NCBI GenBank assembly: GCA_023245335.1
Contig: JAHFKK010000001.1
Coordinates: forward strand, 235,282 to 299,281
Source of the DNA: Candidatus Gottesmanbacteria bacterium
GTDB taxonomy: Bacteria > Patescibacteriota > Microgenomatia > UBA10105 > UBA927
Reading direction: 5' to 3'
DNA length: 64,000 nucleotides
The position numbers and the translations under genes were made by a program. This document shows, one piece after another, positions 28,313-38,326 of the stretch (its first letter is position 1; each line of letters opens with the position of its first letter). The notes beneath the pieces are model-generated. The model was not told the origin of the DNA. It did no database searches and saw only the letters and a list, made by a program, of their open reading frames with translations.

Positions 28313-28861
28313 TTACTGTTTCGTACGTTTGTCTGAGGTAAGGGCAAATCCCATGCCGATCGCGATCATGGAGGCTATCCACACACTTCCGGCAAAGAAG
28401 GTAATTTTGTCTTCCCGTTTTTCCACCTCGCGGAGTGACCTCCCTACAAGCACATACCCTCCTAAGCCTTCGGGAACGTGGGTAATTACAACCGCGCTTC
28501 GTACGCCGGGCTTGGGTTGCCAGGTGATGCGATCTTGTCCCTGTTCTTTCGTGTAGCTAAGTACCCCGGCGGGTAAAGTAGGTATGGTGCCATCCAGGAG
28601 GCCAGTAGACCCGATAGCGGTACCTTTGTCGTTATATACAATCATGTACGTACTCAAGCTGGTTGCGATATCGACGGATGTTGCAAATGTCGATGACGGC
28701 AACGATTTGCCGCTGGCAAGAAGGTGAGCCATATCTTCCGAAATTTGAATTTGGGGATCATTGGCATCTTGACGGAGGATTTGTTGGCCGGTGACGTAGA
28801 TAAGGCCTATGAGTGCGGTCGTGAGGATAAGGAGCGTAAGCCATGCCGTGAGTTTAGACAT
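28313..28861 (-). CDS. hypothetical membrane-anchored protein
   Basis: Start moved to the ATG (MSKLTAW...); N- and C-terminal hydrophobic segments. Confidence 0.45.
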   Translation of the reverse strand: MSKLTAWLTLLILTTALIGLIYVTGQQILRQDANDPQIQISEDMAHLLASGKSLPSSTFATSVDIATSLSTYMIVYNDKGTAIGSTGLLDGTIPTLPAGVLSYTKEQGQDRITWQPKPGVRSAVVITHVPEGLGGYVLVGRSLREVEKREDKITFFAGSVWIASMIAIGMGFALTSDKRTKQ

Positions 28862-28927
28862 ACTATACAAAGTATAGAACCCGTCTGTGTACTTGTCTAT
28901 TTTATCGAGATTACTAATGAGGTAAGC

Positions 28928-29155
28928 CTAGCGAGGGTTACGGTGTTTTCCCCAGTGGATCGTATTCCAGATACGTTCGTGGATAATATAGAGGATCGTA
29001 CTGGCAAGGTTTGAAAAAAGCATGACACTCAATGTGATGTCATATCGGCGAGTAACGGCGAATATTATAATGCCGTCAGAAATGAGAATGAGTACGCGAA
29101 ATGTCAGCGCTTTGACGACTGACCGACCCGTATGTTCATAAAATTTTGTTTTCAT
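28928..29155 (-). CDS. small membrane protein, DUF2061-like
   Basis: C-terminal YIIHERIWN motif on a small 2-TM protein. Confidence 0.4.
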   Translation of the reverse strand: MKTKFYEHTGRSVVKALTFRVLILISDGIIIFAVTRRYDITLSVMLFSNLASTILYIIHERIWNTIHWGKHRNPR

Positions 29156-29179
29156 ATAACGGTCGCGGAATGCTTTGAG

Positions 29180-29542
29180 TTACTCTTTTATCGTGAGTTT
29201 TGTGTGCGCACGGGTGACGGAGATGTGGGTAAATGACGAGTTGGGTTCTGCACCATGCCAATGGACTTCTCCGGCGGGCGCCCAGACTACGTCTCCTTTT
29301 GTCACGTGAGCCGTTTTATCTTTTGTCGTGACGACACCCTTTCCTTGAGTCACGATAAGTATCTGGTCATTTTCGTGTGTATGAAATTTATTGCGGGTGC
29401 CCTTGGGGAAGTGCACGTAATCGATGCTTAGGTCTGACCCGTCCTCCTGATCCGTGATCGGCGATTGGCGAGTCACGTTTCCGAGAAATATCGGTAAACC
29501 CGGGTGTTGTTTAGGAACATTTTTGAGATTGATGACTTTCAT
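29180..29542 (-). CDS. cupin domain protein
   Basis: FHTHENDQILIV...G cupin motifs. Confidence 0.6.
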   Translation of the reverse strand: MKVINLKNVPKQHPGLPIFLGNVTRQSPITDQEDGSDLSIDYVHFPKGTRNKFHTHENDQILIVTQGKGVVTTKDKTAHVTKGDVVWAPAGEVHWHGAEPNSSFTHISVTRAHTKLTIKE

Positions 29543-29919
29543 GGAACTATATTCATTATATCAGTATTGTTTGTTGCTTGTTGAGTCCGGATGGTCAGAA
29601 ACACGAGGTTTTTGTCCGTGTTGTTTTTGACACTGTGATTCGTGGCTGCCGGTACGATGACGAAATCATCTTTGGTGACCGGAAGCCATTCCTCACCCAC
29701 CAGCATTTGCCCGGTTCCTTCAAGGAAAAAATAAAATTCTTCCCCGTCTATATGTGTATGGATATCGAGTTGTTTTTTTGGTTCGAGCCACGCATAATTC
29801 ATCGTCGCGATATCGCCAGTGTGGTGTTCATCAGTGCTCACGAGTCGCTTCCGGAGCGTCGTGTTATTATGTATGAGCTCTGTCGGAATATCAGTAATAT
29901 TTCGTAGGTTTGACTTCAT
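29539..29919 (-). CDS. cupin domain protein
   Basis: HTHIDGEEFYFFLEG cupin motif; ATGA-type overlap with the downstream cupin. Confidence 0.6.
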   Translation of the reverse strand: MKSNLRNITDIPTELIHNNTTLRKRLVSTDEHHTGDIATMNYAWLEPKKQLDIHTHIDGEEFYFFLEGTGQMLVGEEWLPVTKDDFVIVPAATNHSVKNNTDKNLVFLTIRTQQATNNTDIMNIVP

Positions 29920-31444
29920 GAGGAAAGTATATCAAAGATTCGTTCATCTGGGCATCATCACTCCCTTGGTGATGTCAGGTATCGCCGTCTTCCTTCTTTT
30001 GGGCGTCAACCTGTTGTCGACACGGGGTGAGATTGCCCCGCGCGGATTCTGTAAAAACTGTAATGTCATCCTTATTTCTATAGGGCCGCTTCGTGCAAAA
30101 AGCCTGCCGTGCTATGGGTATGAGAAAGACTCCGCGCCAAACCTATGTCGTTTTGGCTCACAGTCGGTTTTGTTTACAGACGCTAACGCTACGGCATCTA
30201 AGACACTCGATGCAAGTTTTTCGATGATGACCTCCTTGTATCCCGAGTCACATCATATGAATGTTCCGTTTGTGAGTGTCTTGGATTCCCGAATAGAGAC
30301 CCTTCCGCAGATTTTGGAGCGTTCGGGGTACCGGACATACTTTTTAGGACCTATCGGGGATCCTCATTTGCCGCTTAGCCTGGGATTCGGTCGGGGATTC
30401 GATGAGGTCCATAATGCAGACGATCCGAATTCCTGGATCCAAACACTTGATGAAATTAACGCGAAGACGCCGCTCACCAAACAGCGGTTCTTTGCTTTTC
30501 TCCACACGTATGCGGTCCATGAACCATACCTTCCGAAAGAAGAAAGCTTCCGAAAATTTTATTCGGGATCCGCCCGAATACCGGTTTCCAGCGAAGCACT
30601 CTGTGCATTTACCGTTAACAAACTTACATCCATTCACCCGGATCGGTTTGTGTCTTTGCCGCGTACAGGAAATTCCTGTGACAGTCTGTCCGCGTATCAA
30701 AAGAGATTTGCCGGATCGGAAAAGGATTTTGACGAGACGTATACCATCACAAACACTGCATATTGGGATATGTTTGCCGCGTTGGCGCCCGACGAAAAAG
30801 CCCGGTATACTCATGCGTTATATCTTGCGACCATTTATGAATTTGATCAGGAGCTGCAGCGTTTTTTCGACGATGCGCGAACCCATGGATTATTCAAAAA
30901 TACGATGGTGGTGATCACCGGAGATCACGGAGATGAATTTTATGAACACGGGGATTTTTCTCACGGAGGGACACTGTATGATGAGGTCATCCATGTCCCG
31001 CTTATTATTTCCGTCCCGGGGCTACCCGCTGCGAAGGTAGACAAACTCGTTTCGTCGGTCGATGTCATGCCGACCATTCTTGATGTATTGGGTATACGAC
31101 CTCCTTCATATATATCGGGAATCAATATTCTGTCATCCCGACTCCATCGCCTTATTTTGTCAGAGCACGTCTCTGACGGGTTGATGGCGATGATGACGCG
31201 GCGTTACAAAATGACGTCGTATCAAAACGGTCCCCGCAGAGGTCGCGAACTGTTTGATCGAGAGTCTGATCCGGGCGAACAAAAAAATCTCAATACAAAA
31301 AAGTCGGATATTGTTGTTTCATTACTTCATCTTTGGGGTATATACCAATTGCGGTTGCCCTCTTTTACGTCACAGCAAAAGTCTTTACCGATATGGTTGC
31401 ATCCCCAAGAGCGTCAACAACTCATCCGGACGGGATACTTTTAG
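29918..31444 (+). CDS. sulfatase / alkaline-phosphatase-superfamily protein with N-terminal TM
   Basis: VVITGDHGDEF..HGG and an N-terminal NVILISIG block. The start is uncertain (ATG 29918 overlaps the divergent cupin start; next ATG at 29972). Confidence 0.55.
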   Translation: MRKVYQRFVHLGIITPLVMSGIAVFLLLGVNLLSTRGEIAPRGFCKNCNVILISIGPLRAKSLPCYGYEKDSAPNLCRFGSQSVLFTDANATASKTLDASFSMMTSLYPESHHMNVPFVSVLDSRIETLPQILERSGYRTYFLGPIGDPHLPLSLGFGRGFDEVHNADDPNSWIQTLDEINAKTPLTKQRFFAFLHTYAVHEPYLPKEESFRKFYSGSARIPVSSEALCAFTVNKLTSIHPDRFVSLPRTGNSCDSLSAYQKRFAGSEKDFDETYTITNTAYWDMFAALAPDEKARYTHALYLATIYEFDQELQRFFDDARTHGLFKNTMVVITGDHGDEFYEHGDFSHGGTLYDEVIHVPLIISVPGLPAAKVDKLVSSVDVMPTILDVLGIRPPSYISGINILSSRLHRLILSEHVSDGLMAMMTRRYKMTSYQNGPRRGRELFDRESDPGEQKNLNTKKSDIVVSLLHLWGIYQLRLPSFTSQQKSLPIWLHPQERQQLIRTGYF

Positions 31445-33447
31445 GGAGTGTCAATGGTATGTGTCTCCCAGAAGGGGAATAAACGTCTTATGTCCGTAAT
31501 TTTTGAAAGGTGCGTACCGCGAAATATCATGTCGATGCCGGTATGTATATATGTATTGGCATCGATAGAGACAAGTGACGGATGTGCCGGATCGAGGGAA
31601 ATACCGACGCCAGTATCAGAAAAAACGTTTTGTTTGATAACAGTAAAGTCGTGCCGTGTCGCATACACGTTGGGATCGTTATCGGTTTCGCCGGCTGCGG
31701 TTTCTAGCCGGATTCCTACGGAAGAATTTACCGCGCGGTTACGGTAAAAGGTATTGTGGGTTGCCGCGATCTGTCGGGGATACACCGTATAGCCAAACTG
31801 GCTGTTGTTGACCGCATTGTTGTTGGAGACGGTGACGCCGCTAGCATTGCTCACGAATACGCCATCGGCAAATCCCTTTTTGTGGGACGTCTGTTCTTGG
31901 CAATACGACCACCCGAGATTATCCGAGAGGTTGTTATGATCCGCGACGGTGTGAGTAAATTCTCCTCCGAAAAATTTAAGCGCTGCACATGACGATGCAT
32001 TCTGGCAGACGCGTTCGATGCGGTTGTCGGCGACCAGGATGTTGTTGACGGAACCTGTATTTTTTTCGTAACTCGTGAGATGTATGCCATAACTCGTGTT
32101 GTCGAAGACATGATTGTGAAGAATGTCGGCATCGGACACGCGGATAAGGTTAATTCCGGGCTCATTGTATCGGGTTGCCGCATTGTGGACGGAAGAGTCA
32201 GTGATGCTGACATTTCTGATGTTAGTAGGGAGATGGGTACGTGCAATAATCGCAATGGGAGATTTTGTCGTGTGGCTCAGGTCCGCGTGTTGTATCGTGA
32301 TAGTGTGTACCGAACTGGATTCCTGCGGTTGGACGCTGACGCCGTTCCCGGCATATTGTATGGTGAGATTGGTCAGAGCGATTTTGTTGATCTTGGTGTG
32401 TCCTATTGAACCGACGACAATTGCACCGGTGTAGGCGGCGTCGGTTTCGTATGCATCATTGATGCCACGTATTACCACGTTGTCTATATGGATATCCGAT
32501 GCATTCAAGCGAATGCCGGTACTCCGCTGTCCAATTTCGATGAATCCCTGTGAAGGGTTCGTATCAGTGAGTGGCCATACATACAATTTTCCGCCTTGCG
32601 CGTCATAGAACCATTCTCCCGGTGTGTCGAGTAAGCCGATCGCGTTTTCTACATAATATTTCGTGAATGCTCCAACGCCATTTTCCTGTATGCCATACGT
32701 CAGTGCCCCGACAGGGCGATCGAAGATGATTTGTCCGCGTGTTGGGTCATGAGAAACGATACGGCGTTCATACATAAATATCCCGCATCGGTCGTTCCCA
32801 TCCATAATGAAAGCCGTACCTCCCGTGATCCCGGGCGCTGTCGTAAGATTTCCTTTTTGTAAACCGGGATCATTTTCGGTATCAACGAGAGAACGGGGAG
32901 AGTCATTTGTTTCATCTGCGGTCCACCAATATTGGTGGTATTTGTTGGGGTCAGTGAGATATGAATTTGGAGATCGGGCAAGGACGAGTTCATGTATGTC
33001 TCCGTCGTTTGTTGTTTGGGTGAGGATGGTGGGGTTCTGCGCCCCGTGCCAGTCGCCCACAAACACGGACGATCGTATTTCAGCCCGTACTGTGGGACAG
33101 GTGGCTGCCGTACAGCGGATCCAGGATGTCTTTGAGGCCGGCTCCGATCCGACAATGGTTGCGTGCTCGTCTGCGATAGTCATTCCCCGGATGAAGACCG
33201 AAGCGCGCGGAAGAGGAGAAGTTGGGAGATCGACCTCTTCCCGGTATATGCCGGGAAGAAGGTAGATGGTCCCGCCAAAATTGATGGTTCGATACGCGAA
33301 TGAGATATGTTGAAACGGTTTATCTCTTGTCCCCGGATTTGCGTCGTTGCCTCTCGGTGAGACAAACACCACTTGATGGGTCGTGCGATATATAAGAACG
33401 GTGATGCCGACCAAAAGAAGTAGTGTGCATATCGTCCGTTTCAACAT
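31441..33447 (-). CDS. secreted right-handed parallel beta-helix repeat protein
   Basis: N-terminal signal/TM; repeated NxxxNN/SxGI units (NNILVADNRIER, VSNNNAVNNS). Confidence 0.55.
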   Translation of the reverse strand: MLKRTICTLLLLVGITVLIYRTTHQVVFVSPRGNDANPGTRDKPFQHISFAYRTINFGGTIYLLPGIYREEVDLPTSPLPRASVFIRGMTIADEHATIVGSEPASKTSWIRCTAATCPTVRAEIRSSVFVGDWHGAQNPTILTQTTNDGDIHELVLARSPNSYLTDPNKYHQYWWTADETNDSPRSLVDTENDPGLQKGNLTTAPGITGGTAFIMDGNDRCGIFMYERRIVSHDPTRGQIIFDRPVGALTYGIQENGVGAFTKYYVENAIGLLDTPGEWFYDAQGGKLYVWPLTDTNPSQGFIEIGQRSTGIRLNASDIHIDNVVIRGINDAYETDAAYTGAIVVGSIGHTKINKIALTNLTIQYAGNGVSVQPQESSSVHTITIQHADLSHTTKSPIAIIARTHLPTNIRNVSITDSSVHNAATRYNEPGINLIRVSDADILHNHVFDNTSYGIHLTSYEKNTGSVNNILVADNRIERVCQNASSCAALKFFGGEFTHTVADHNNLSDNLGWSYCQEQTSHKKGFADGVFVSNASGVTVSNNNAVNNSQFGYTVYPRQIAATHNTFYRNRAVNSSVGIRLETAAGETDNDPNVYATRHDFTVIKQNVFSDTGVGISLDPAHPSLVSIDANTYIHTGIDMIFRGTHLSKITDIRRLFPFWETHTIDTP

Positions 33448-33456
33448 AGGCGGAAG

Positions 33457-33756
33457 TTATTTCTTTTTGCGGTAGGCAATGATCTGGTAGACGATGACGC
33501 CCGTGGTGATGACGCCTAATCCTTGCCCCAAAATCACCACCCAGTCTTTTTGCATGATGCCATGAAGTACCCAAAGGATATAGGTAAGAAATGAAAGGAA
33601 GTAAAACGAAGTAGAGACTCCCTCTGTCGATTTTCGTAGATAATTTTTGCGCATCTGGTCAGGGAAGCCCACGACCTTCACTAAGATAGTGAGTATCGTT
33701 GTGAGAAAACCGATGATAACGGCAACAGATAGCATACCTCGGATATTATACCGCAT
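33457..33756 (-). CDS. SemiSWEET / PQ-loop-like 3-TM transporter
   Basis: 99 aa with 3 TM; GFLTT...FPDQ and WVLHGI...ILGQGLGVITTGVIVYQI resemble SemiSWEET TM1-PQ and TM3. Confidence 0.45.
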   Translation of the reverse strand: MRYNIRGMLSVAVIIGFLTTILTILVKVVGFPDQMRKNYLRKSTEGVSTSFYFLSFLTYILWVLHGIMQKDWVVILGQGLGVITTGVIVYQIIAYRKKK

Positions 33757-33800
33757 GCGTGTACGAGCACGCCGCTATCCATGATATTATCAATTGTACG

Positions 33801-34475
33801 ATGGCACACGGAACGCTCCTTCTGGCAGGATCAGGTGAATTTACCGACGCGATGATCAAGGTCGACAGATATCTTTTCCGGGATATCAAGAATCCTGCGA
33901 TTGCGATCATTCCAACTGCGGCAGGGCAGGAAACTGACTGGCTGAAGTGGGTAGAATATGGGAAGATTCACTTCAAGAAATTGGGGATGCATGCATACGG
34001 AGTTTCTTTACGGAAAAAATCCGATGCGTCGAAACCGTCCGTGATAGCGGATATTGCGAAAGCGAACGCATTTTACTTTTCCGGAGGAGATCCCGCATAT
34101 GTATTATCAGTCATGAAAAAATCACCAGCGTGGAATACGGTTTATCGTAAGTTTCAGGAGGGTGCGGTGTTAGCGGGGAGCTCTGCGGGAGCGATGTTTA
34201 TGGGGAGCTGGATCCCTTCAAATATTCGCGGCGTACTCGAAGATGGTACGAAAGAACCGCAATGGGAAAAAGCTCTGGGACTCGTGCCCTATATGATTTG
34301 GCCGCACTATGATTGGGGACGGCGCACGTTTGGAGACAAGATAACACGTCTCATAGAAGCAGGCCAGAAAAAGTCATCCTGGCTTGGGATTGATGAAGAT
34401 ACTGCAGTCATATGGGAATCGGGAAAGAAGCCCAGGGTTATGGGATCTGGTACGGCTCATTGGAATGTCGAGTGA
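33801..34475 (+). CDS. peptidase S51 family (dipeptidase E / cyanophycinase-like)
   Basis: LLLAGSGEF..., FSGGDP, GSSAGAMFMG (Ser nucleophile). Start set to the ATG 33801; the track start is a GTG 2 nt from the divergent gene. Confidence 0.6.
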   Translation: MAHGTLLLAGSGEFTDAMIKVDRYLFRDIKNPAIAIIPTAAGQETDWLKWVEYGKIHFKKLGMHAYGVSLRKKSDASKPSVIADIAKANAFYFSGGDPAYVLSVMKKSPAWNTVYRKFQEGAVLAGSSAGAMFMGSWIPSNIRGVLEDGTKEPQWEKALGLVPYMIWPHYDWGRRTFGDKITRLIEAGQKKSSWLGIDEDTAVIWESGKKPRVMGSGTAHWNVE

Positions 34476-34526
34476 TCTCTTTCACGATTTACCGCTAGAA
34501 ACCCGTCTCCTTGGTATAATACGCAT

Positions 34527-35285
34527 ATGAACACAATTGCGTCCCTAGATTTATTTTTTCGAATAGTTGTTCCGTTTGTTATCGCAGTGTTGATGCATTG
34601 GCTGATACAGCGATTTGTGCGCGCTCCAAAAAATCTGGATTCTCCGCGTACTCGGACATACTTCTCCGTCGCGAAAAGCATTTTCACCACCATCATTTAT
34701 CTCATCGCGACGTACTACATCTTTATTGCACTCAATATAAATGTGACTCCGTTGTTCGCTTCAGCAGGGGTCGTCGGCATCATTATCGGGTTGGGGGTGC
34801 GGCCGTTTATTGAAGACTTCTTCACCGGCATATTTATTCTCACGCAGGATACGATTAGCGTCGGGGACTATGTCGAAATCGGCGGCGCCGAAGGAGTGAC
34901 GGAAGCATTGGGTCTGCGGACGGTACGGATCAAGGATCAAAATGGGGCGATACATATTTTCCCCAACCGCGAAATCAAAAAGATAGTCAATTACTCCCGA
35001 AGAGCGGCGCGTGTGATTGTCGATATTCCGATGAAATCCAATCAGCCGATTGACGATGCCCTTGCCGCATTGGAGAGGGCAATTAAGGATCTAAAGGAAG
35101 ACAATGCTATAGGTAAATTCATATCAGACGGCTCTGCCGTACAAGGAATACAGCAGATTTCCGGTGGATTTACTCTCATCCGGGTATTGGTTATTACACG
35201 AGCGTCTTCTCGGTGGGAGGCAGCGCGCAAATACCGTTATCTAGCTTTAAAAGAATTAGAAAAGGTGAAAATCATCCTTGCGTAA
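34527..35285 (+). CDS. small-conductance mechanosensitive channel (MscS family)
   Basis: GVVGIIIGLGVRPFIEDFFTGIFIL...VGDYVEIGGAEGVTEALGLRTVRIKDQNG. TATAAT 8 nt upstream of the ATG. Confidence 0.8.
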   Translation: MNTIASLDLFFRIVVPFVIAVLMHWLIQRFVRAPKNLDSPRTRTYFSVAKSIFTTIIYLIATYYIFIALNINVTPLFASAGVVGIIIGLGVRPFIEDFFTGIFILTQDTISVGDYVEIGGAEGVTEALGLRTVRIKDQNGAIHIFPNREIKKIVNYSRRAARVIVDIPMKSNQPIDDALAALERAIKDLKEDNAIGKFISDGSAVQGIQQISGGFTLIRVLVITRASSRWEAARKYRYLALKELEKVKIILA

Positions 35286-35372
35286 TTCACGGGATGGGCA
35301 TGGCGTGGATTATCCATACGCCCAAAAATGCCACCGCCATCATGCAAATGATATAGCCGACCGTCCGTGCCA

Positions 35373-35618
35373 TTATTTTTGCCACCGCGGAAGTTTCGGA
35401 AGCATTTCATTAACCATGTGCTCTGCTTCTTCCTGTGTTTTACCCATGAATTTGACGGCAGCACCGACTGATCCGGTGCGGACTTGTTCATATGTCCGGA
35501 GTGCTGCAGTTGTTTGATCCTGGCAATAAATACAGTATCGTTTGTCGAATTTGGAAACGGTCGAGTTGTCCATAGGCATACCACAGCTTTCACAGACCTG
35601 TTGTTGACGGATATCCAT
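35373..35618 (-). CDS. zinc-ribbon domain protein
   Basis: CESCGMP...CIYCQ paired Cys motifs. Confidence 0.45.
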   Translation of the reverse strand: MDIRQQQVCESCGMPMDNSTVSKFDKRYCIYCQDQTTAALRTYEQVRTGSVGAAVKFMGKTQEEAEHMVNEMLPKLPRWQK

Positions 35619-35631
35619 AGGATTATATGTA

Positions 35632-36165
35632 TTATTTTCCCCAAACGTATATCATGCCCTTACCTTCACTTGCTGTATTTTGACAAATTTGTGATCTTGG
35701 TACCTTGAGAAAATATGTCCCGGCAGTGAGCGGCTTATTAAATTCATAATCCGCGGCGACACACCATTGATGCTGATATGGGTCGCAGTCTTTGCGGGTG
35801 AGCGTCCCCGCGGCAATCTCCTCCTTGCCGCGGAGAACCGTATAGGGCGTATCTTGTTCGCTCTGTCCCCATGAATACCACGTCCGGATCCGGGTAATGA
35901 AACGGTCTTTATCCAGTGCGAATTCCGCATTGTCGCTGAGTGAGCAGGCGGCAGGGTTTTCCCGTTTGATGAGCAATTGTTCTGTCTGCTCGCTTGGCGA
36001 CGGGGTGGTAGCGGTGGTAGGCGAGCTAGTTTGAGCGGATTCTTTCGTCACGTGAAGCGTGGATTGTGCCGGAACTTCCAGTTGAATTCGATTGATTGTA
36101 TAGATTTGCAGTCCGATAATGACAACCAGAGCGGTTCCTAAGATGTAACAGCACGGATTTTTCAT
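35632..36165 (-). CDS. hypothetical secreted protein with Ser/Thr/Pro-rich segment
   Basis: N-terminal TM; SSPTTATTPSPS stretch. Confidence 0.45.
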   Translation of the reverse strand: MKNPCCYILGTALVVIIGLQIYTINRIQLEVPAQSTLHVTKESAQTSSPTTATTPSPSEQTEQLLIKRENPAACSLSDNAEFALDKDRFITRIRTWYSWGQSEQDTPYTVLRGKEEIAAGTLTRKDCDPYQHQWCVAADYEFNKPLTAGTYFLKVPRSQICQNTASEGKGMIYVWGK

Positions 36166-36257
36166 GTCCGATCCGGATCATACCCCCGTTGATCGTAAGA
36201 GTCTGTTAGGTAAATTACAGTGTAGAAAGAAGGTAAGAAGGCGAAATCTGCGGCGTG

Positions 36258-37364
36258 TTAGTCAAAAAATTCTTTCACTGCGTTTATGACGTTTTGCTGG
36301 TCCGAAAGCGTCAACTCCGGATACATCGGAAGTGAAAATATTTCGCGGCATACTCGTTCCGTAACGGGGAAATCACCGTGAATATACCCTAAATCCTTAA
36401 ATCCGCGCATGGTATGGAGGGGATACCGATAGCTGACATTTACGGTAATATTCCTGGTTTTCAAATGTCGGATGATTGCTTCCCTTTTGGGATGCCGGCA
36501 AATAAAGAGGTAGTATGCATGACGTGCGTGAGGCGCAGTGACGGGGAGTTTGAGCGGAGTATCTTTCAGAGCGAGCAGGTATCGGGCGGCGATACGCCGT
36601 CGTTTGGTCATAGCCTCCTTAAGACGCGTGAATTTGTATGAAAGGATAGCGGCCTGTACCTCATCAAGACGTGAATAATATCCTAAAAATTCTGAATAAT
36701 ACTCCCGACTGGTGCCGTACATTTGAAGCATGCGCATACGTTTGGCAAGCCTTTTTGATCGGGTGATCATCATGCCGCCGTCTCCGTATGCTCCCAGTAT
36801 TTTTGTCGGGTAAAACGAAAACGTACCGATATCGGACATGGATCCCGCACGTTTTTCCCGCCAGGTTGCCCCGGTCGACTGCGCACAATCCTCGACAACA
36901 AACACGCCGTGGCGTTTGGCGATTTTTGTTACCGCATCCATATCGACGCATTGACCATACAGATGGACAGGGATAATACATTTCGTACGTATGGTAATTG
37001 CGCGTTCGAGCTTTGTGACATCCATGAGGTAGGTATCCGGATCGATATCCACAAATATCGGAGTCGCGCCGGTTGCTTCAATCGCTGAAGCGGTGGGGAT
37101 CGCGGTGTTGGGGACCGTAATTACTTCATCGCCGGGACCTATTCCCAACGTCTTCATCGCAATAAAGAGCGCATCGGTCCCGGAGTTGACACTCACACTG
37201 TAGGGATATCCGCAGTAGGAGGCGAATGTCTTTTCAAACGTATGTACTTCGCTTCCCGCGATGAGTTGGCCAGAGGAAAAAACGCGATCAACAACCCTAA
37301 GGATGGCATCCCTGTTTTGGGTATACTCGGAAAGATAACTCCAGACGTTGACGCGTTTATTCAT
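36258..37364 (-). CDS. DegT/DnrJ/EryC1/StrS-family PLP-dependent sugar aminotransferase
   Basis: GTDALFIAMKTLGIGPGDEVITVPNTAIPTASAIEATGATPIFVDID and overall layout. Confidence 0.8.
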   Translation of the reverse strand: MNKRVNVWSYLSEYTQNRDAILRVVDRVFSSGQLIAGSEVHTFEKTFASYCGYPYSVSVNSGTDALFIAMKTLGIGPGDEVITVPNTAIPTASAIEATGATPIFVDIDPDTYLMDVTKLERAITIRTKCIIPVHLYGQCVDMDAVTKIAKRHGVFVVEDCAQSTGATWREKRAGSMSDIGTFSFYPTKILGAYGDGGMMITRSKRLAKRMRMLQMYGTSREYYSEFLGYYSRLDEVQAAILSYKFTRLKEAMTKRRRIAARYLLALKDTPLKLPVTAPHARHAYYLFICRHPKREAIIRHLKTRNITVNVSYRYPLHTMRGFKDLGYIHGDFPVTERVCREIFSLPMYPELTLSDQQNVINAVKEFFD

Positions 37365-38326
37365 GTGGTGCGGTTGGGTATATGGTACACCCCACCGCTT
37401 TTTCCCGCGACGTTTATGGCGTCGAGCATAATGAGGCGATCAAGTAGCCTTTCATTATACCCGCGATATTCCGTCCGTTTGAGGTTAGCGAAAACAGTAA
37501 ACATGTCATAAAAGGAATCACGGGCTCTTGCGGTCATCATGCTTGTCCGATCGTGACGTTTAAGTAGAATAGTGTTTTGAATATCCCGGGGGATGGTAAA
37601 TGCTCTGTCCAAAGAAAAATAATATTCTCCCCCCCAGAATTCCAGATGGTTACGATATTCTCTCCCAAATCCGATTGCTGCCTGTAACGTTTCGGTAGCG
37701 CTGAATCGAAGTGATATGGTAGCAGTCACGGGGAGCTGATGCTCATACTGGATATACGACGAAACGTCGGTCGCTATTTTCCCAAAGTAATGGTAACCTG
37801 CGGAAACAACATACGGCCCGAGGTCAAAAACACATCCTCCGCCGAGCGTCAGGCTGTTACGAAAATTATTTCGGGGAAGCCTCGGATACCCAAATTGCAG
37901 CGTGATATGTTGGAGTGATGCGCGTTCGTCACGGATGAGTCGAGTAAGTTTTTTGTGCGCAGGATGGTAGAGATACTGCGTCGCTTCAAATATGACGCGT
38001 TTCCCTGCGGCTTTACCGATGATCATCCGTGCTTCTTTTTGATTTAGTACCACCGGCTTGTCGCATATAACGTTTTTCCCCTTTTCTAGTGCATAGAGAA
38101 TCCAAGTAACATGCGCACTATTGTGCAGTGAAATGTATACCGTATCACACGAGACCGCATCGATGGCTTTTTTATAATCATTAAAGACATTGTATCCATG
38201 AGGGATGAGATGAGATTTGGATCGGGACGCAATCGCAGTGAGGCGCGCATGGGGATGTCGTTTCAAAGCCGGAATGATAGATTTTTGGGCGATAGACGAA
38301 TAACCAAGAAGCAATATCGTGTTCAT
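37361..38326 (-). CDS. Gfo/Idh/MocA-family oxidoreductase (candidate NDP-sugar ketoreductase)
   Basis: N-terminal Rossmann LLGYSSIAQKSIIPAL; family-typical length; ATGA overlap with DegT. Confidence 0.65.
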   Translation of the reverse strand: MNTILLLGYSSIAQKSIIPALKRHPHARLTAIASRSKSHLIPHGYNVFNDYKKAIDAVSCDTVYISLHNSAHVTWILYALEKGKNVICDKPVVLNQKEARMIIGKAAGKRVIFEATQYLYHPAHKKLTRLIRDERASLQHITLQFGYPRLPRNNFRNSLTLGGGCVFDLGPYVVSAGYHYFGKIATDVSSYIQYEHQLPVTATISLRFSATETLQAAIGFGREYRNHLEFWGGEYYFSLDRAFTIPRDIQNTILLKRHDRTSMMTARARDSFYDMFTVFANLKRTEYRGYNERLLDRLIMLDAINVAGKSGGVYHIPNRTT